Positions 35,650-45,498 of a stretch of 64,000 bases of DNA are shown piece by piece. Position numbers and translations under genes: made by a program. This DNA comes from Candidatus Multivoradales bacterium (GTDB taxonomy: Bacteria > Acidobacteriota > Thermoanaerobaculia > Multivoradales > JAHEKO01). The stretch lies in contig CBDCYF010000005.1 in NCBI GenBank assembly GCA_965224065.1, positions 3,691,087 to 3,755,086 on the forward strand, given 5' to 3'. The notes beneath the pieces are model-generated. The model was not told the DNA's origin. It was given only the letters and a program-made list of their open reading frames with translations, and did not search any database. Within the stretch, counting starts at the first letter, position 1. The number at the start of each line of letters is the position of its first letter.

Positions 35650-38600
35650 CGCCAGTCACCGATCAGCTCGAACGCTGCCCAGTGAAAGGGTGCTCTCGTG
35701 GCTCTGTTGCCTTGAATGAGCTGAATCTGCGCTTCCCTCAGCGACTGGTCCTTGGTTCGGCCGGATTTGAGCTCGGTGTAGAACCGTGTCATGAGCTCCG
35801 TCGTAGAGCGGTCCGATACGCTCCAAAGCGAGGCCAGAACGGACCGTGCGCCCGCATACTGAAAAGCCCGAGCCAAACCGATCAATCCATCTCCGCCGAT
35901 TTCTTTTCCCAGCGCCGTCTGGCAGGCCGACAACGTCACCAGATCGGCATCGATGTTCAGTTTCTCGAAGATCTCCCACGCCTGGAGTAGACCGTTTTCC
36001 CGGCCCTGGCTTGCTCGGTCATCGAGGGCCAGAACCAGTGACGAATTGAGAGGAGCTTCCTCGTCGAGCACGCTATGGCTGGCAAAGTGGAGCATCCTGG
36101 CGTTACGGCCGATGACTGCGACCTGGTCCTCGGTAGCTTTTTCGCCGACAAAAATCTGAGCCTCTGAGCCCCAGAGTTTGGCGATGGCCCGAGCTTCCTC
36201 TCGGCTCTCCGGCAACGGACCGAGGGCGATTCCGCGATCGCCGGATAGAAAACCACGTAGTGCGTCGACCGGGATGCTGGACGAATCAGAGAGCCATTCG
36301 GCGGGCAGCGTCGGGTCCGCAAAGGCCGCGATCTGGATCGGCCACTTCGAACGGGCTTCTCGGCGCGATCGGGAAAGTTCTCCATAGACGGTGGCCGAGA
36401 TCACTCGGTGGAGCGGCTTCCATTCAACCAGATACTCGGTGGCCGGCTGTACCGGGTTCCCCGTGTCCCGGGCCAGAGCGGAAAAAGGCAGCGTGTGCAA
36501 AGGGCCGTCCGAGGAGATCAGGATACGTTCGGCGGACTCGATGGCGTCGGCTACCGGTGCGAGCAACAGTGCGAAAAGCGCCGCGCTCCGGGCTTGGAGC
36601 GCGGGCTCGACGTCCTCGTTGCGTCGGGAGCGCTCGATAAACGAGCGGAAAAGCGAGACTTCCCGCCTCAAGGCTTCTCGGCCGACGTCGATTCGAGTCA
36701 CCGAAAGGCCCAGCCCCGGGATTTCGGTTGGCTGCACGGCAAAGAGAAATGTCTCTTTTTCGGTTACCAGGTATGACAGAAGAAGAGTACCCGGGTCCAA
36801 GGCCCGCCGCGCCCGGCCAAGGTCGAACGGCTCGGGGTACTCCAGCGCAGCAAAACGAGGCGACTGTCGCCGAGCCGTGGTTTTCAGAAATTCGAGTCGG
36901 TTGCGAAGCTCTGTTTGGTGCTCGTGCAGCCGATCCACCTCGCCGGGTGAGCTCGTTGCGTTCAACGTGGCGAGCTGCGCTTGGGCACGGTCGTAGGCCC
37001 TCTCTATGTCCTTTCTTTCCTGCAGAAATTCTTTGGGAACTGCAGAATCGAAATCGAGTTCGCGCTCGGCCAGCAGGTTTAGCAAAGCACGGGCCCGGGA
37101 ACGCTCGACGATGTTGAAGGCATCGACAGGTCGTTCGAGCCCCAGGAGCGTGCTCGCCAATTGGTGGTAGTAGCCGAGATAGGCAGCGGCAAACTCGGCG
37201 CGCACTTCTTGCCGCCCACCCAACCGCTCGGTTTGTGCCTCCAGAGCATCGATGGCTTTCACCATCCAGTCGACCGCTTCACGGCGATCGCCACGGTCCA
37301 GTGCGATCTGGCCGAGTGCGAATAGGGACTCCGCCTCCTCAAATCGGCCTCGCAGGTACCTGCGGCGTATCTCGAGCGCTTGAAGGTGGAGGTCACGAGC
37401 CTCTTGGAGCGCGTCGCGCGACCGGGCCAGATTGCCGAGCTCGTAATAGCTTTCCGCGGTTTGTGGGTTTCCGGGCGTGTGGGCCTCGACGATCTCGATC
37501 GCACGTTTGTGAAGGGTTTCGGCCGTGGCGATCTTCCCTTGCCTGGAGGCGACAACGCCTAGGTTTTGGAGCGTAATGGCCTGGAAGGTAGTTCCCGGGA
37601 CGACCTTGTCTTGGATTGCAAGTGAGCGTTTCAACAAGGCTTCGGCCTCTTCGAGCTCACCTCGCTTGATCGCGAGGTCCGCGAGGTTATTCAGAACAAG
37701 CGCCACAGTCGGGCTTTCCGGACCGAGCTTCTCGTTGATCGCCAAGGCGCGCTTGTACAGCGTTTCCGCTGCCGGCAAATCTCCCCGGTCGCGCAGCACG
37801 ATTCCGAGACTGGTCGAGAGAGAGGCCACATTTCCACTCCCCGGGTGTCGAGCCTCGGCAACCGCTAGGGCCCGGCGGTAGTATTCTTCGGCTTCCACCA
37901 AGTTTCTGGTCGCGCGGGCCAAGGTGCCCAGGTTGCCGAGTGCGGTCTCCATGCCTCGGCTCTTTGGGGCGAGTTTCTCGACAATCGACAAGGCTCTCTC
38001 CGCGCGAGCTTCGGCCTTTTCATATGCCACTTCGCGTATCGCGACAAAGGCAAGATAGTTGAGCGAGTCGACGATCTCCAGGCCCTTCGGGGCCTTTTTT
38101 TCTTGAATCGCCAGCGCTTTTCCTATGAGTCTTTCGGCCTCACGGAACTCGCCGCGCCGAAGCGAGACCTGGCCCAGGGCCCGGAACGACTCGGCTGTGT
38201 TGAGCGATTCGGCGGACAGGCTTTGACGGATGGCGAGAGATCGGGTCAGTATCGTCTCGGCAATATCGAGTTGACCTCGCGCGCGGGCCAGCCTGCCGTG
38301 TGTTTCCAAGGCCATTGCCATCTCGGCTTCTGCCGAGCCGGCCGCTTGCCACATCTCCCCGGCTCGCTCGAACATGGCAGTGGCCTCGTCAAACCTCCTC
38401 CTACTCCTAAGCGCTCGACCTTGGTTGTAGCGGATATAGGCTTCGAGTCCGGCCCTGCCCGCGCCCGCGGCCATACTCGCGGCTTGCAAGAAGAGTTGTT
38501 CTGAGGCCTTCCACTTGGATGCCTTCGCCAACCGGGTCCCGGCCTGTTCGAGCAACCAGCAGGCCAGCTCGGTTTTATCCGATCTGCGGGCATCGAGCGC

Positions 38601-39017
38601 GAGCCGCTGGAGCTCCTCGACGCCTTCGTCAACGGCGCCGCTCTCGATCAAAGCCAGCGTTTCGCCGTAGATGCGGTCGGTTGGATGGTCGAGCATGGGG
38701 CGTGTCCTGATACCCCACAATCCACCGCGCAGCTCCACCACAAGCGGCTCGTCGTCTCGAAGTCCTTCGAAACGAACCCTGCCCCAAGCCGCCTCGAGCC
38801 TCCAAACATCGTAGGGTGATGCGAGAGGACTTGGATCGGCGTGTTCGCCCTCCTCTAGGCCACCGATAACGGTCGAAGACAAAAGCACATCGCCTGGTTT
38901 GAGCCCGGCCTGCTCGGCAACCCTGCCGGCCACGACGGTCTCGACCACCAGCATTGCGTCGCAGGGAGGCGCCAAACCCAGTACCGCCGCAGCGAATGTA
39001 AGCCTCACCCGTCTCAT
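35646..39017 (-). CDS. Secreted TPR-CHAT (caspase-like) protease with N-terminal PDZ-like segment
   Basis: Signal-like N-terminus, AEQAGLKPGDVL, TPR array, LHTLPFSAL, LHFASHS, LSACQT, ASLWSVSD, HWAAF. Confidence 0.88.
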   Translation of the reverse strand: MRRVRLTFAAAVLGLAPPCDAMLVVETVVAGRVAEQAGLKPGDVLLSSTVIGGLEEGEHADPSPLASPYDVWRLEAAWGRVRFEGLRDDEPLVVELRGGLWGIRTRPMLDHPTDRIYGETLALIESGAVDEGVEELQRLALDARRSDKTELACWLLEQAGTRLAKASKWKASEQLFLQAASMAAGAGRAGLEAYIRYNQGRALRSRRRFDEATAMFERAGEMWQAAGSAEAEMAMALETHGRLARARGQLDIAETILTRSLAIRQSLSAESLNTAESFRALGQVSLRRGEFREAERLIGKALAIQEKKAPKGLEIVDSLNYLAFVAIREVAYEKAEARAERALSIVEKLAPKSRGMETALGNLGTLARATRNLVEAEEYYRRALAVAEARHPGSGNVASLSTSLGIVLRDRGDLPAAETLYKRALAINEKLGPESPTVALVLNNLADLAIKRGELEEAEALLKRSLAIQDKVVPGTTFQAITLQNLGVVASRQGKIATAETLHKRAIEIVEAHTPGNPQTAESYYELGNLARSRDALQEARDLHLQALEIRRRYLRGRFEEAESLFALGQIALDRGDRREAVDWMVKAIDALEAQTERLGGRQEVRAEFAAAYLGYYHQLASTLLGLERPVDAFNIVERSRARALLNLLAERELDFDSAVPKEFLQERKDIERAYDRAQAQLATLNATSSPGEVDRLHEHQTELRNRLEFLKTTARRQSPRFAALEYPEPFDLGRARRALDPGTLLLSYLVTEKETFLFAVQPTEIPGLGLSVTRIDVGREALRREVSLFRSFIERSRRNEDVEPALQARSAALFALLLAPVADAIESAERILISSDGPLHTLPFSALARDTGNPVQPATEYLVEWKPLHRVISATVYGELSRSRREARSKWPIQIAAFADPTLPAEWLSDSSSIPVDALRGFLSGDRGIALGPLPESREEARAIAKLWGSEAQIFVGEKATEDQVAVIGRNARMLHFASHSVLDEEAPLNSSLVLALDDRASQGRENGLLQAWEIFEKLNIDADLVTLSACQTALGKEIGGDGLIGLARAFQYAGARSVLASLWSVSDRSTTELMTRFYTELKSGRTKDQSLREAQIQLIQGNRATRAPFHWAAFELIGDWR

Positions 39018-39074
39018 TTGTGCTCATTCTGGCATGGCCGGCGTCGCTTGGATGCGCTGGTGTTGGCGCGGAAC

Positions 39075-39153
39075 TGAAGCGGCCGGCGCCTCTGCCGGCC
39101 GTCCACCCATTGGCCGCCTCGAGCCGCGGCCGGCAGAGGCGCCGGACGCTTCA
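39075..39153. repeat. Inverted doublet of TGAAG-type palindromic REP
   Basis: TGAAGCGGCCGGCGCCTCTGCCGGCCG (39075-39101) and inverted copy (39127-39153), one mismatch. Confidence 0.7.
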
Positions 39154-39168
39154 ACAGACTGGTCGTTG

Positions 39169-39930
39169 CTAGGCTTTCTTGCGCGTATAGACGAACCGGT
39201 CGTCGGTCGAGAGCTTGGGCTGGAACCGGTAGCCTTCAGCGCCGAAGTCCTTCAACCCTTCGGGCTCATCGACACGCTCGGTCACCACAAAGCGCGACAT
39301 CATCCCTCGAGCCTTCTTGGCCAGGAACCCGATGGTCTTGGGCCGGCCGTCGCGGATCTCCTGAAAAACCGCGGTCACCACCGGGGCCGACAGCCGGTCG
39401 AGCCGTGCCGCCTTTGCGTACTCGTTCGAAGCCAGGTTGAGAACGGCGTTGGGGCTCTCGGCGTTGAGGGAGTCGGCGATCCGCTCACCCCAGAAGGTGT
39501 AGAGGTCCTTGCCCCTGGCGGTGTCGAGGCGTGTGCCCATCTCCAGCCGGTAGGGCTGGATGAGGTCGAGCGGCCGCAGTAGACCGTAGAAGCCCGAGAG
39601 AATCCGAAAACGCCGCTGGGCCCAGTTGAGGTCCCGTTTGGAGAAGCTTCCCGCATCGAATCGCTTGTAGACATCGCCCTGGAAGGCCAGCAGACACGGC
39701 TTGGAGTTCTTGGGCGTGAATCGCGGGCTCATGTCCTGAAAACGCTCGTGGTTCAACTCGGCGAGCGGCTGGCTGAGCTTCATCAGTTTTTGGAGGGTCT
39801 TGACGTCGAGCTTCTTGCACCGCTTCAACAGGACCGCGATGTCGTCCTTGAACTGCGGCTGGGTGACGGCGAGGCCGTCCGGAGCCGGTGAAAAATCGAG
39901 CGTCTTGGCGGGGGAGAGTAGGGTCAGCAA
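39169..39930 (-). CDS. yaaA: Peroxide stress protein YaaA (DUF328)
   Basis: LLSPAKTLD, FQGDVY, LSGFYGLLRPLDLIQPYRLEMG, NLASNEY, AKKARG. Confidence 0.95.
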   Translation of the reverse strand: MLTLLSPAKTLDFSPAPDGLAVTQPQFKDDIAVLLKRCKKLDVKTLQKLMKLSQPLAELNHERFQDMSPRFTPKNSKPCLLAFQGDVYKRFDAGSFSKRDLNWAQRRFRILSGFYGLLRPLDLIQPYRLEMGTRLDTARGKDLYTFWGERIADSLNAESPNAVLNLASNEYAKAARLDRLSAPVVTAVFQEIRDGRPKTIGFLAKKARGMMSRFVVTERVDEPEGLKDFGAEGYRFQPKLSTDDRFVYTRKKA

Positions 39931-40057
39931 GGGGGCACTCCTTTCGAAGGGGCGGAGGTTACCAGAGCGCTTCTATCGCTTGACCTCGCCGGTCAGCATG
40001 AACCCGGCCGGTTTCGATTTTGCGGGGACGGCCGCTTCAAGAAGAGCGTCTGTGGCT

Positions 40058-40672
40058 TCAAACGGGTGGCGATTCCGCCCGGTTGCGCCACAGCGCCGGG
40101 TCGACCACCTCCGCCATCTTGGCCACGTCCAGGTCGGCGCCGAGAAACTCTCGGATTTTCCGCGCCTGCTCCTCGGGCTCGGCCAGGAAGTCACGGTAGT
40201 GGAGCTCGGTCCAGTCGAAGTGAGCGCCGCGCTTGAGCTGGTAGCGCGCCCGCCACAAATCGGCCTCGAAGAGCTCGGTCATCCGGCCGTCGTCGGTCGC
40301 CGAGGCCTCGCCGCGCCGGTCGAGCATCTTGGCCTGCGAGGCCAGTACCTCTTCCATGTCGCGGCGGATAAAGAGGACCTGGTAGTTGTTGTCGGCGGGC
40401 AGGTCCTTGAGCAGATGGGAGATCACCTTGATCCCCTTGCCGCGCGCCGCTTTGAGCCAGGACTTGTCTTCCATCCGGCCCAGGTCCTTGACCCGCTCGT
40501 CCTCGAAATAGCCCTTGGGGTTGTCCTCGTCGGCGGTTCGCTCGCCGTCGGTGACCAGCGGCAGACCCCCCGCGGCCAGCATCTTCATCGCCATCGAAGT
40601 GCCCGAGCGGGGGAGCCCGGAGACGGTCACGATGGGGGCTCCATAGCGGAGCCGGCGCCAGAGGGAGGGCAT
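40058..40672 (-). CDS. Sulfotransferase-domain protein
   Basis: VSGLPRSGTS (5'-PSB-like loop), DNPKGYFE, RRDMEEVLASQ (3'-PB-like); ATG 40672. Confidence 0.8.
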   Translation of the reverse strand: MPSLWRRLRYGAPIVTVSGLPRSGTSMAMKMLAAGGLPLVTDGERTADEDNPKGYFEDERVKDLGRMEDKSWLKAARGKGIKVISHLLKDLPADNNYQVLFIRRDMEEVLASQAKMLDRRGEASATDDGRMTELFEADLWRARYQLKRGAHFDWTELHYRDFLAEPEEQARKIREFLGADLDVAKMAEVVDPALWRNRAESPPV

Positions 40673-42923
40673 GTGTTCTCTCGAGAAACGGGATAGACTT
40701 TGGGGTGCCGGGCCAGTGTGCCGCCGGCGTGTAAGTCGACTGAAGATCGTAGGATATCCCACCCTGAAACGCTCCACGCCGGGCCGCCGAAGCGCGTCCC
40801 TTTCCCTGTCTCTCCGTCTGGCCGTAGCCGCCGTTCTACTGGCGGGCACGGCCACGCCGGCCTTGGCCTACGTCGGCCCCGGGGCCGGTTTCGCGCTCGC
40901 CTCGTCCTTCTTCGCGGTCTTTCTGACCGTCCTGATCGCGGTTCTTGTGTTGCTGGTCTGGCCCTTCCGGAAGCTCTACCGGCTGATCCGGCGGGGGCGC
41001 AAGCCAAAGGCGCGGATCAAGCGGTTGATCGTCGTCGGCCTGGACGGCCAGGACCCCCGGTTGACCGACCGTTTTCTCAAAAAGGGCCTGCTGCCCAACT
41101 TCGAGAAGCTCGCCAAAGAGGGCTGCTACCTGCCGATCGCGACGACCTACCCGGCCATCTCGCCGGTGGCCTGGTCGTCTTTTTCGACCGGCACCGAGCC
41201 GGCCAAGCACAATATTTTTGATTTCTTGGCGCGCGACCCGAAGACGTATCTACCGGTGCTGTCGTCCACCGAGATCGGCAAGGTGGAGAAGTCGATCAAG
41301 CTGGGCAAGTTTCGGATTCCGCTCCACAAGCCCGAACTGCGGCTGCTGCGGCGTTCGAAGCCGTTTTGGACGCTCCTTGGCGAGCGTCAGATCTGGTCGA
41401 CGGTGCTGCGTGTCCCGATCACGTTCCCGCCGGACCGGTTCTACGGCGCCGAGCTCTCGGCGATGAGCGTTCCCGATCTGCTCGGAACCCAGGGTACGTT
41501 TTTGCTCTTCACCACCCGGCCGTCGGACGAGAAGTTCAAGGAAGGCGGGATGCGGATCCCGCTCCAGACGGTGAATGGCAACGGAAACGGCCATGCGGTC
41601 TACGGAGCCACCGTCGAGGGGCCGGGCAATGTCTTTGTCGATGGCGAGCCGCCGATGGAGCTTCCGGTCGAGATCGAGCTCGACCGCGCGGCCGGAACGG
41701 CACGGGTCTCGCTCAACGGGGATTCGGTCGATCTCGAGCCGGGGAAGCTCTCCGGCTGGGTGCCTCTCGAGTTTCCGGCCGCTTTTGGAGTCAAGGCGCA
41801 CGGGATCTGCCGGCTGATGATTACCGAGATGGACGAGCACTTCTCGCTCTACATGACGCCCATCAGTCTCGATCCGGGCAACCCGGCGATGCCGGTGTCG
41901 CACCCCGGCTACTACGCGACGTACCTCTCGAAGCTGATCGGCTCGTACTCGACCATGGGGCTGGCCGAAGACACCTGGGCGCTCAACGAGGACGTGGTGG
42001 ACGACGGGACGTTTCTCGAGATGGCCTATGACATCGACGGTGAGCGCCAGGAGATGTTCTTCGGCGCTCTCGAGCGGCTGCGCGAAGGCTCGCTGGTGTG
42101 CGTCTTCGACGGCACCGATCGCATCCAGCACATGTTCTGGCGCTACATGGAAGATGGCCACCCGGCGGCTCGCAACGAGAAAGACCCCGAGCACGCCGAC
42201 GCCATCGAGGAGCTTTACAAACACAACGACACGCTGGTCGGACGGGTGATGGAGAAACTTCGCCCCGGCGACATGATGATGGTGCTCTCGGATCACGGCT
42301 TTACGTCTTTTCGGCGCGGCATCAATCTGAACGCCTGGCTGCACGAGAACGGCTATCTGGCGCTCAAAGAGGGCTGCGACGGCACCAGCGAGTGGCTGCG
42401 CGACGTGGACTGGTCGCGCACGCGCGCCTACGCGCTCGGGCTCACCGGGGTGTTCTTGAACGTAAAGGGCCGCGAAGCCGAGGGGGTCGTCGAGCCCGGC
42501 GAGGAGGTCCAGGCGCTCAAACAGGAGTTGATCGAGAAGATGAGCGGGCTGGTGGACCCGGACCGGGACGAAGTCGGAATCAACGAGCTGTTCGACACCG
42601 CGGCGCTCTACCAGGGCCCCTATCTGACCAACGCGCCGGATTTCATCGTCGGGTACAACCACGGCTACCGCATCTCGTGGGACGGCGCCACCGGGGTGGT
42701 GACGGGACCGGTGTGGGAGGACAACACCAAGGCTTGGAGCGGCGACCACGGTGTCGACCCGAGGATCGTGCCCGGTGTCTTCTTTTGCAATCACAAGCTC
42801 GACCGCGACGACCCGGCGCTCGTCGACATCGCCCCGACCGCGCTCCGGCTCTTTGGCGTCCAGCCGCCGCCTCACATGGACGGACGCCCGCTTTTTGACG
42901 AAGGACGGACTTTCGATGCGTAA
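40671..42923 (+). CDS. Alkaline phosphatase superfamily (nucleotide pyrophosphatase/phosphodiesterase-like) protein A; true start probably about 90 nt downstream
   Basis: Signal ALA-YVGPGAG + TM; GLDG, PAISPVAWSSFSTG, DRIQH, SDHGF, SGDH. Confidence 0.85.
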   Translation: MCSLEKRDRLWGAGPVCRRRVSRLKIVGYPTLKRSTPGRRSASLSLSLRLAVAAVLLAGTATPALAYVGPGAGFALASSFFAVFLTVLIAVLVLLVWPFRKLYRLIRRGRKPKARIKRLIVVGLDGQDPRLTDRFLKKGLLPNFEKLAKEGCYLPIATTYPAISPVAWSSFSTGTEPAKHNIFDFLARDPKTYLPVLSSTEIGKVEKSIKLGKFRIPLHKPELRLLRRSKPFWTLLGERQIWSTVLRVPITFPPDRFYGAELSAMSVPDLLGTQGTFLLFTTRPSDEKFKEGGMRIPLQTVNGNGNGHAVYGATVEGPGNVFVDGEPPMELPVEIELDRAAGTARVSLNGDSVDLEPGKLSGWVPLEFPAAFGVKAHGICRLMITEMDEHFSLYMTPISLDPGNPAMPVSHPGYYATYLSKLIGSYSTMGLAEDTWALNEDVVDDGTFLEMAYDIDGERQEMFFGALERLREGSLVCVFDGTDRIQHMFWRYMEDGHPAARNEKDPEHADAIEELYKHNDTLVGRVMEKLRPGDMMMVLSDHGFTSFRRGINLNAWLHENGYLALKEGCDGTSEWLRDVDWSRTRAYALGLTGVFLNVKGREAEGVVEPGEEVQALKQELIEKMSGLVDPDRDEVGINELFDTAALYQGPYLTNAPDFIVGYNHGYRISWDGATGVVTGPVWEDNTKAWSGDHGVDPRIVPGVFFCNHKLDRDDPALVDIAPTALRLFGVQPPPHMDGRPLFDEGRTFDA

Positions 42924-45072
42924 GTACGGTTTGCTTCGGACCGTCGCCGAGTTCTGTTGTAGGGGCGGGGCTTGCCCCCGCCCGCGGCGGAGCGAAGCGC
43001 GGCATCGAAGTCTGGGCGGGGGCAAGCCCCGCCCCTACCAAAACATTGAAGCGGCCGGACCCGTGCCGGCCGATCGGGCCGGCGACTCTGCCGGCCGCCG
43101 TTGGGGCACTGCCTCTGGCGCTATCGCCACCCTCGCCCTGGCTGCCGTGGTCGCCTGCTCGGGTGGCTCCGGCTCGGGCTACAACGGCCCGCCGGTCATC
43201 GTGCTGGGCTTCGACGGCATGGACTACGGTCTGACGCGCCAGTTGATGGCCGAGGGGCGTATGCCCAATTTCACCCGTCTCGCCGAGCAGGGAAGCTTTG
43301 GCCCGCTCGGCACGGCGGTGCCGCCGCAGAGCCCGGTGGCCTGGTCCAACTTCATCACCGGGCAAGACTCGGGTGGCCACGGCATCTTCGATTTCGTGCA
43401 CCGGGAGCCCGACACCCTGGCGCCTTACTTCTCGACCAGCCGGGCGGAGGACCCCAAGACCCTGAAGATCCTCGCCTGGGAGATCCCGATGGGCGGCGGC
43501 AGTGTGGAGCTCCTTCGCAGGGGCCAGGAGTTCTGGGAGATCCTCGAGCAGAACGGCGTGGAGAGCCACATTTACCGGATGCCCGCCAACTATCCGCCCT
43601 CGGGGACCGCCACCCGCGAGCTCTCGGGGATGGGTACACCGGATCTTCTGGGCTCGGCAGGAACGTTCTCGTTCTACACCTCGGATCTTTTTGTCAGCGA
43701 GGACTCGGTGGATGGGGGCGACATCTATCCGGTGGATCTCTGGGACAACAAGATCGAAGGCGAGCTCTATGCCGGCGCCGGCGGCAGGGCCGACCGGTTT
43801 GCCACCGATTTCTCGGCCTACATCGATCCCGAGACCGGCTGGGTCGAGCTGGTGATCGAGGACAACGGCGAGAAGCGCCTGTTGAAGGTCGGGGAGTGGA
43901 GCGACTGGGTCCCGATCGACTTCAAGCTCTCGGCCGTGACCGAGGTGCGCGGGATGGCCCGTTTTCTGGTCCAGAGCCTCGACCCCGAGTTCGAGCTCTA
44001 TGTCTCGCCGATCAACATCGACCCGATGAAGCCCGAACAGCCGATCTCGACTCCCGACGACTTTGCCGCCGAGCTGGCTCGCGCCACCGGACGCTTCTAC
44101 ACCCAGGGCATGATGGAAGACACCAAGGCGCTCACCGCCGAGGTCTTTTCCTATGAGGAGTTTCTGGCCCAGGCCAAGATCGCCGGCGACGAGATCCTCG
44201 AGCAGTACGAGCATGTGCTGGCCGACTTTGGCGGCGACTTTCTCTTTTACTACTTCGGCAACCTCGACCAGGTCTCGCACATGATGTTTCATACGCTCGA
44301 CCCCGAGCACCCGGCCTACGACCCGGAGGTCGACGGTCCCTACGCCGACTCGGTGCCGTCGATCTACGAAGAGTTCGATGGCATCGTCGGTTATACCCTC
44401 GACAACATGCCCGAGGACGCCCGGTTGATCGTCATGTCCGACCACGGGTTTGCGAGCTGGCGGCGCACGTTTCACTTGAACACCTGGCTGGCCCAAGAGG
44501 GCTATCTCGTGCTCAAGGACCCGGGCCTCGCCAAGAGCAACATCTACTCGAACGTCGACTGGTCCAAGACCCGGGCTTACGGTCTTGGGCTAAACGGCCT
44601 TTACATCAATCTCGCCGGGCGGGAGCCGGACGGCAGCGTGCGGCCGGAGGACTTCAACAAGGTCGCCGACGATTTGGCGCGGGAGCTTCTGGCCGTCGTC
44701 GACCCGGCGACCGGGCAACCGGCGATCACCAAGGTCTACCGCGCCGACCGGACTTACCGGGACTCGGAGTATCTTGCGATCGGACCCGACCTCCAGGTGG
44801 GCTACGCCAAGGGGGTCCGCTGCTCGGGCAGTTCGGCGCTCGGGGACATTCAGACCGAGGTGATTACGGACAACACAGACGGCTGGGGCGGCGACCACTG
44901 CATGGATCACGAAACCGTTCCCGGGATTCTTTTGACCAACGTCGAGCTCGAACGCCCCGCCACCGATCTGCTCGGGCTCTCGGCCACGGTTCTGGCCGAG
45001 TTCGGGATCGACACCGAGGACACCAATACCGCGGGCTCGGGCGGTACCGCTACCGTGGCTTCCGGAGGATAG
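42916..45072 (+). CDS. Alkaline phosphatase superfamily protein B, probable lipoprotein (start ATG 42916 or GTG 43063)
   Basis: Lipobox VVAC-SGG; GFDG, PPQSPVAWSNFITG, DQVSH, SDHGF, GGDH; paralog of protein A. Confidence 0.85.
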   Translation: MRKYGLLRTVAEFCCRGGACPRPRRSEARHRSLGGGKPRPYQNIEAAGPVPADRAGDSAGRRWGTASGAIATLALAAVVACSGGSGSGYNGPPVIVLGFDGMDYGLTRQLMAEGRMPNFTRLAEQGSFGPLGTAVPPQSPVAWSNFITGQDSGGHGIFDFVHREPDTLAPYFSTSRAEDPKTLKILAWEIPMGGGSVELLRRGQEFWEILEQNGVESHIYRMPANYPPSGTATRELSGMGTPDLLGSAGTFSFYTSDLFVSEDSVDGGDIYPVDLWDNKIEGELYAGAGGRADRFATDFSAYIDPETGWVELVIEDNGEKRLLKVGEWSDWVPIDFKLSAVTEVRGMARFLVQSLDPEFELYVSPINIDPMKPEQPISTPDDFAAELARATGRFYTQGMMEDTKALTAEVFSYEEFLAQAKIAGDEILEQYEHVLADFGGDFLFYYFGNLDQVSHMMFHTLDPEHPAYDPEVDGPYADSVPSIYEEFDGIVGYTLDNMPEDARLIVMSDHGFASWRRTFHLNTWLAQEGYLVLKDPGLAKSNIYSNVDWSKTRAYGLGLNGLYINLAGREPDGSVRPEDFNKVADDLARELLAVVDPATGQPAITKVYRADRTYRDSEYLAIGPDLQVGYAKGVRCSGSSALGDIQTEVITDNTDGWGGDHCMDHETVPGILLTNVELERPATDLLGLSATVLAEFGIDTEDTNTAGSGGTATVASGG
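42959..43038. repeat. GTAG-type REP inverted doublet (REPIN-like)
   Basis: GTAGGGGCGGGGCTTGCCCCCGCCC (42959-42983) and perfect inverted copy (43014-43038), 30-bp spacer. Confidence 0.85.
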
Positions 45073-45074
45073 AG

Positions 45075-45269
45075 ATGTTTGGCTACGTCAAAATCAAGCT
45101 CGAAAAGGACCTGGTCTCCAAGATCAAGCGCTATTCCGACATCGCTGGTTACTCCTCGCCGGAGGAGTTCATCACCCATGCGCTCGAGAAGGAGCTGGCC
45201 AAGCTGGCCGACGCCGGGAGCGAGGAGGAGATCAAGAAGAGGTTGCAGGGGCTCGGGTATATCTCATGA
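45075..45269 (+). CDS. 64-aa protein, ribbon-helix-helix-like with C-terminal RLQGLGYI motif
   Basis: VKIKLEKDL..GYSSPEEFITHALEKEL; GGAGG RBS; ends EEIKKRLQGLGYIS. Confidence 0.8.
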   Translation: MFGYVKIKLEKDLVSKIKRYSDIAGYSSPEEFITHALEKELAKLADAGSEEEIKKRLQGLGYIS

Positions 45270-45396
45270 CCGTGCGTCGATCGCACGCCATCTCGACCCG
45301 TCCTCGCTGCCTCGGGCCCTGCGTCGTACACGGCGTACGCCTCGGGCCCTCGTCGCTGCGGGTGGGCCGATCTGGCGCGTGCTTGACGCACGGTCA
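45267..45396. repeat. 130-bp long hairpin element
   Basis: TGACCGTGCGTCGA / TTGACGCACGGTCA termini; apical CGTAC-ACGGC-GTACG like MITE copy 2. Confidence 0.65.
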
Positions 45397-45448
45397 CTCT
45401 GTGGCGACATCAACGATCGATGGATCAACCCTTGCCACCAATGCCCTT

Positions 45449-45473
45449 GTAGGGGCGGGGCTTGCCCCCGCCC
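45449..45473 (+). repeat. GTAG-type REP, single copy
   Basis: Identical 25-mer to 42959-42983. Confidence 0.85.
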
Positions 45474-45498
45474 GTCTTCCCCGGATCCCCGCTAGCCC

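Noticed and set aside
42959-45473. Identical 25-mers as a CRISPR array
   Set aside because: Copies are inverted or kilobases apart, with no regular spacers and no cas genes; they fit REPs.
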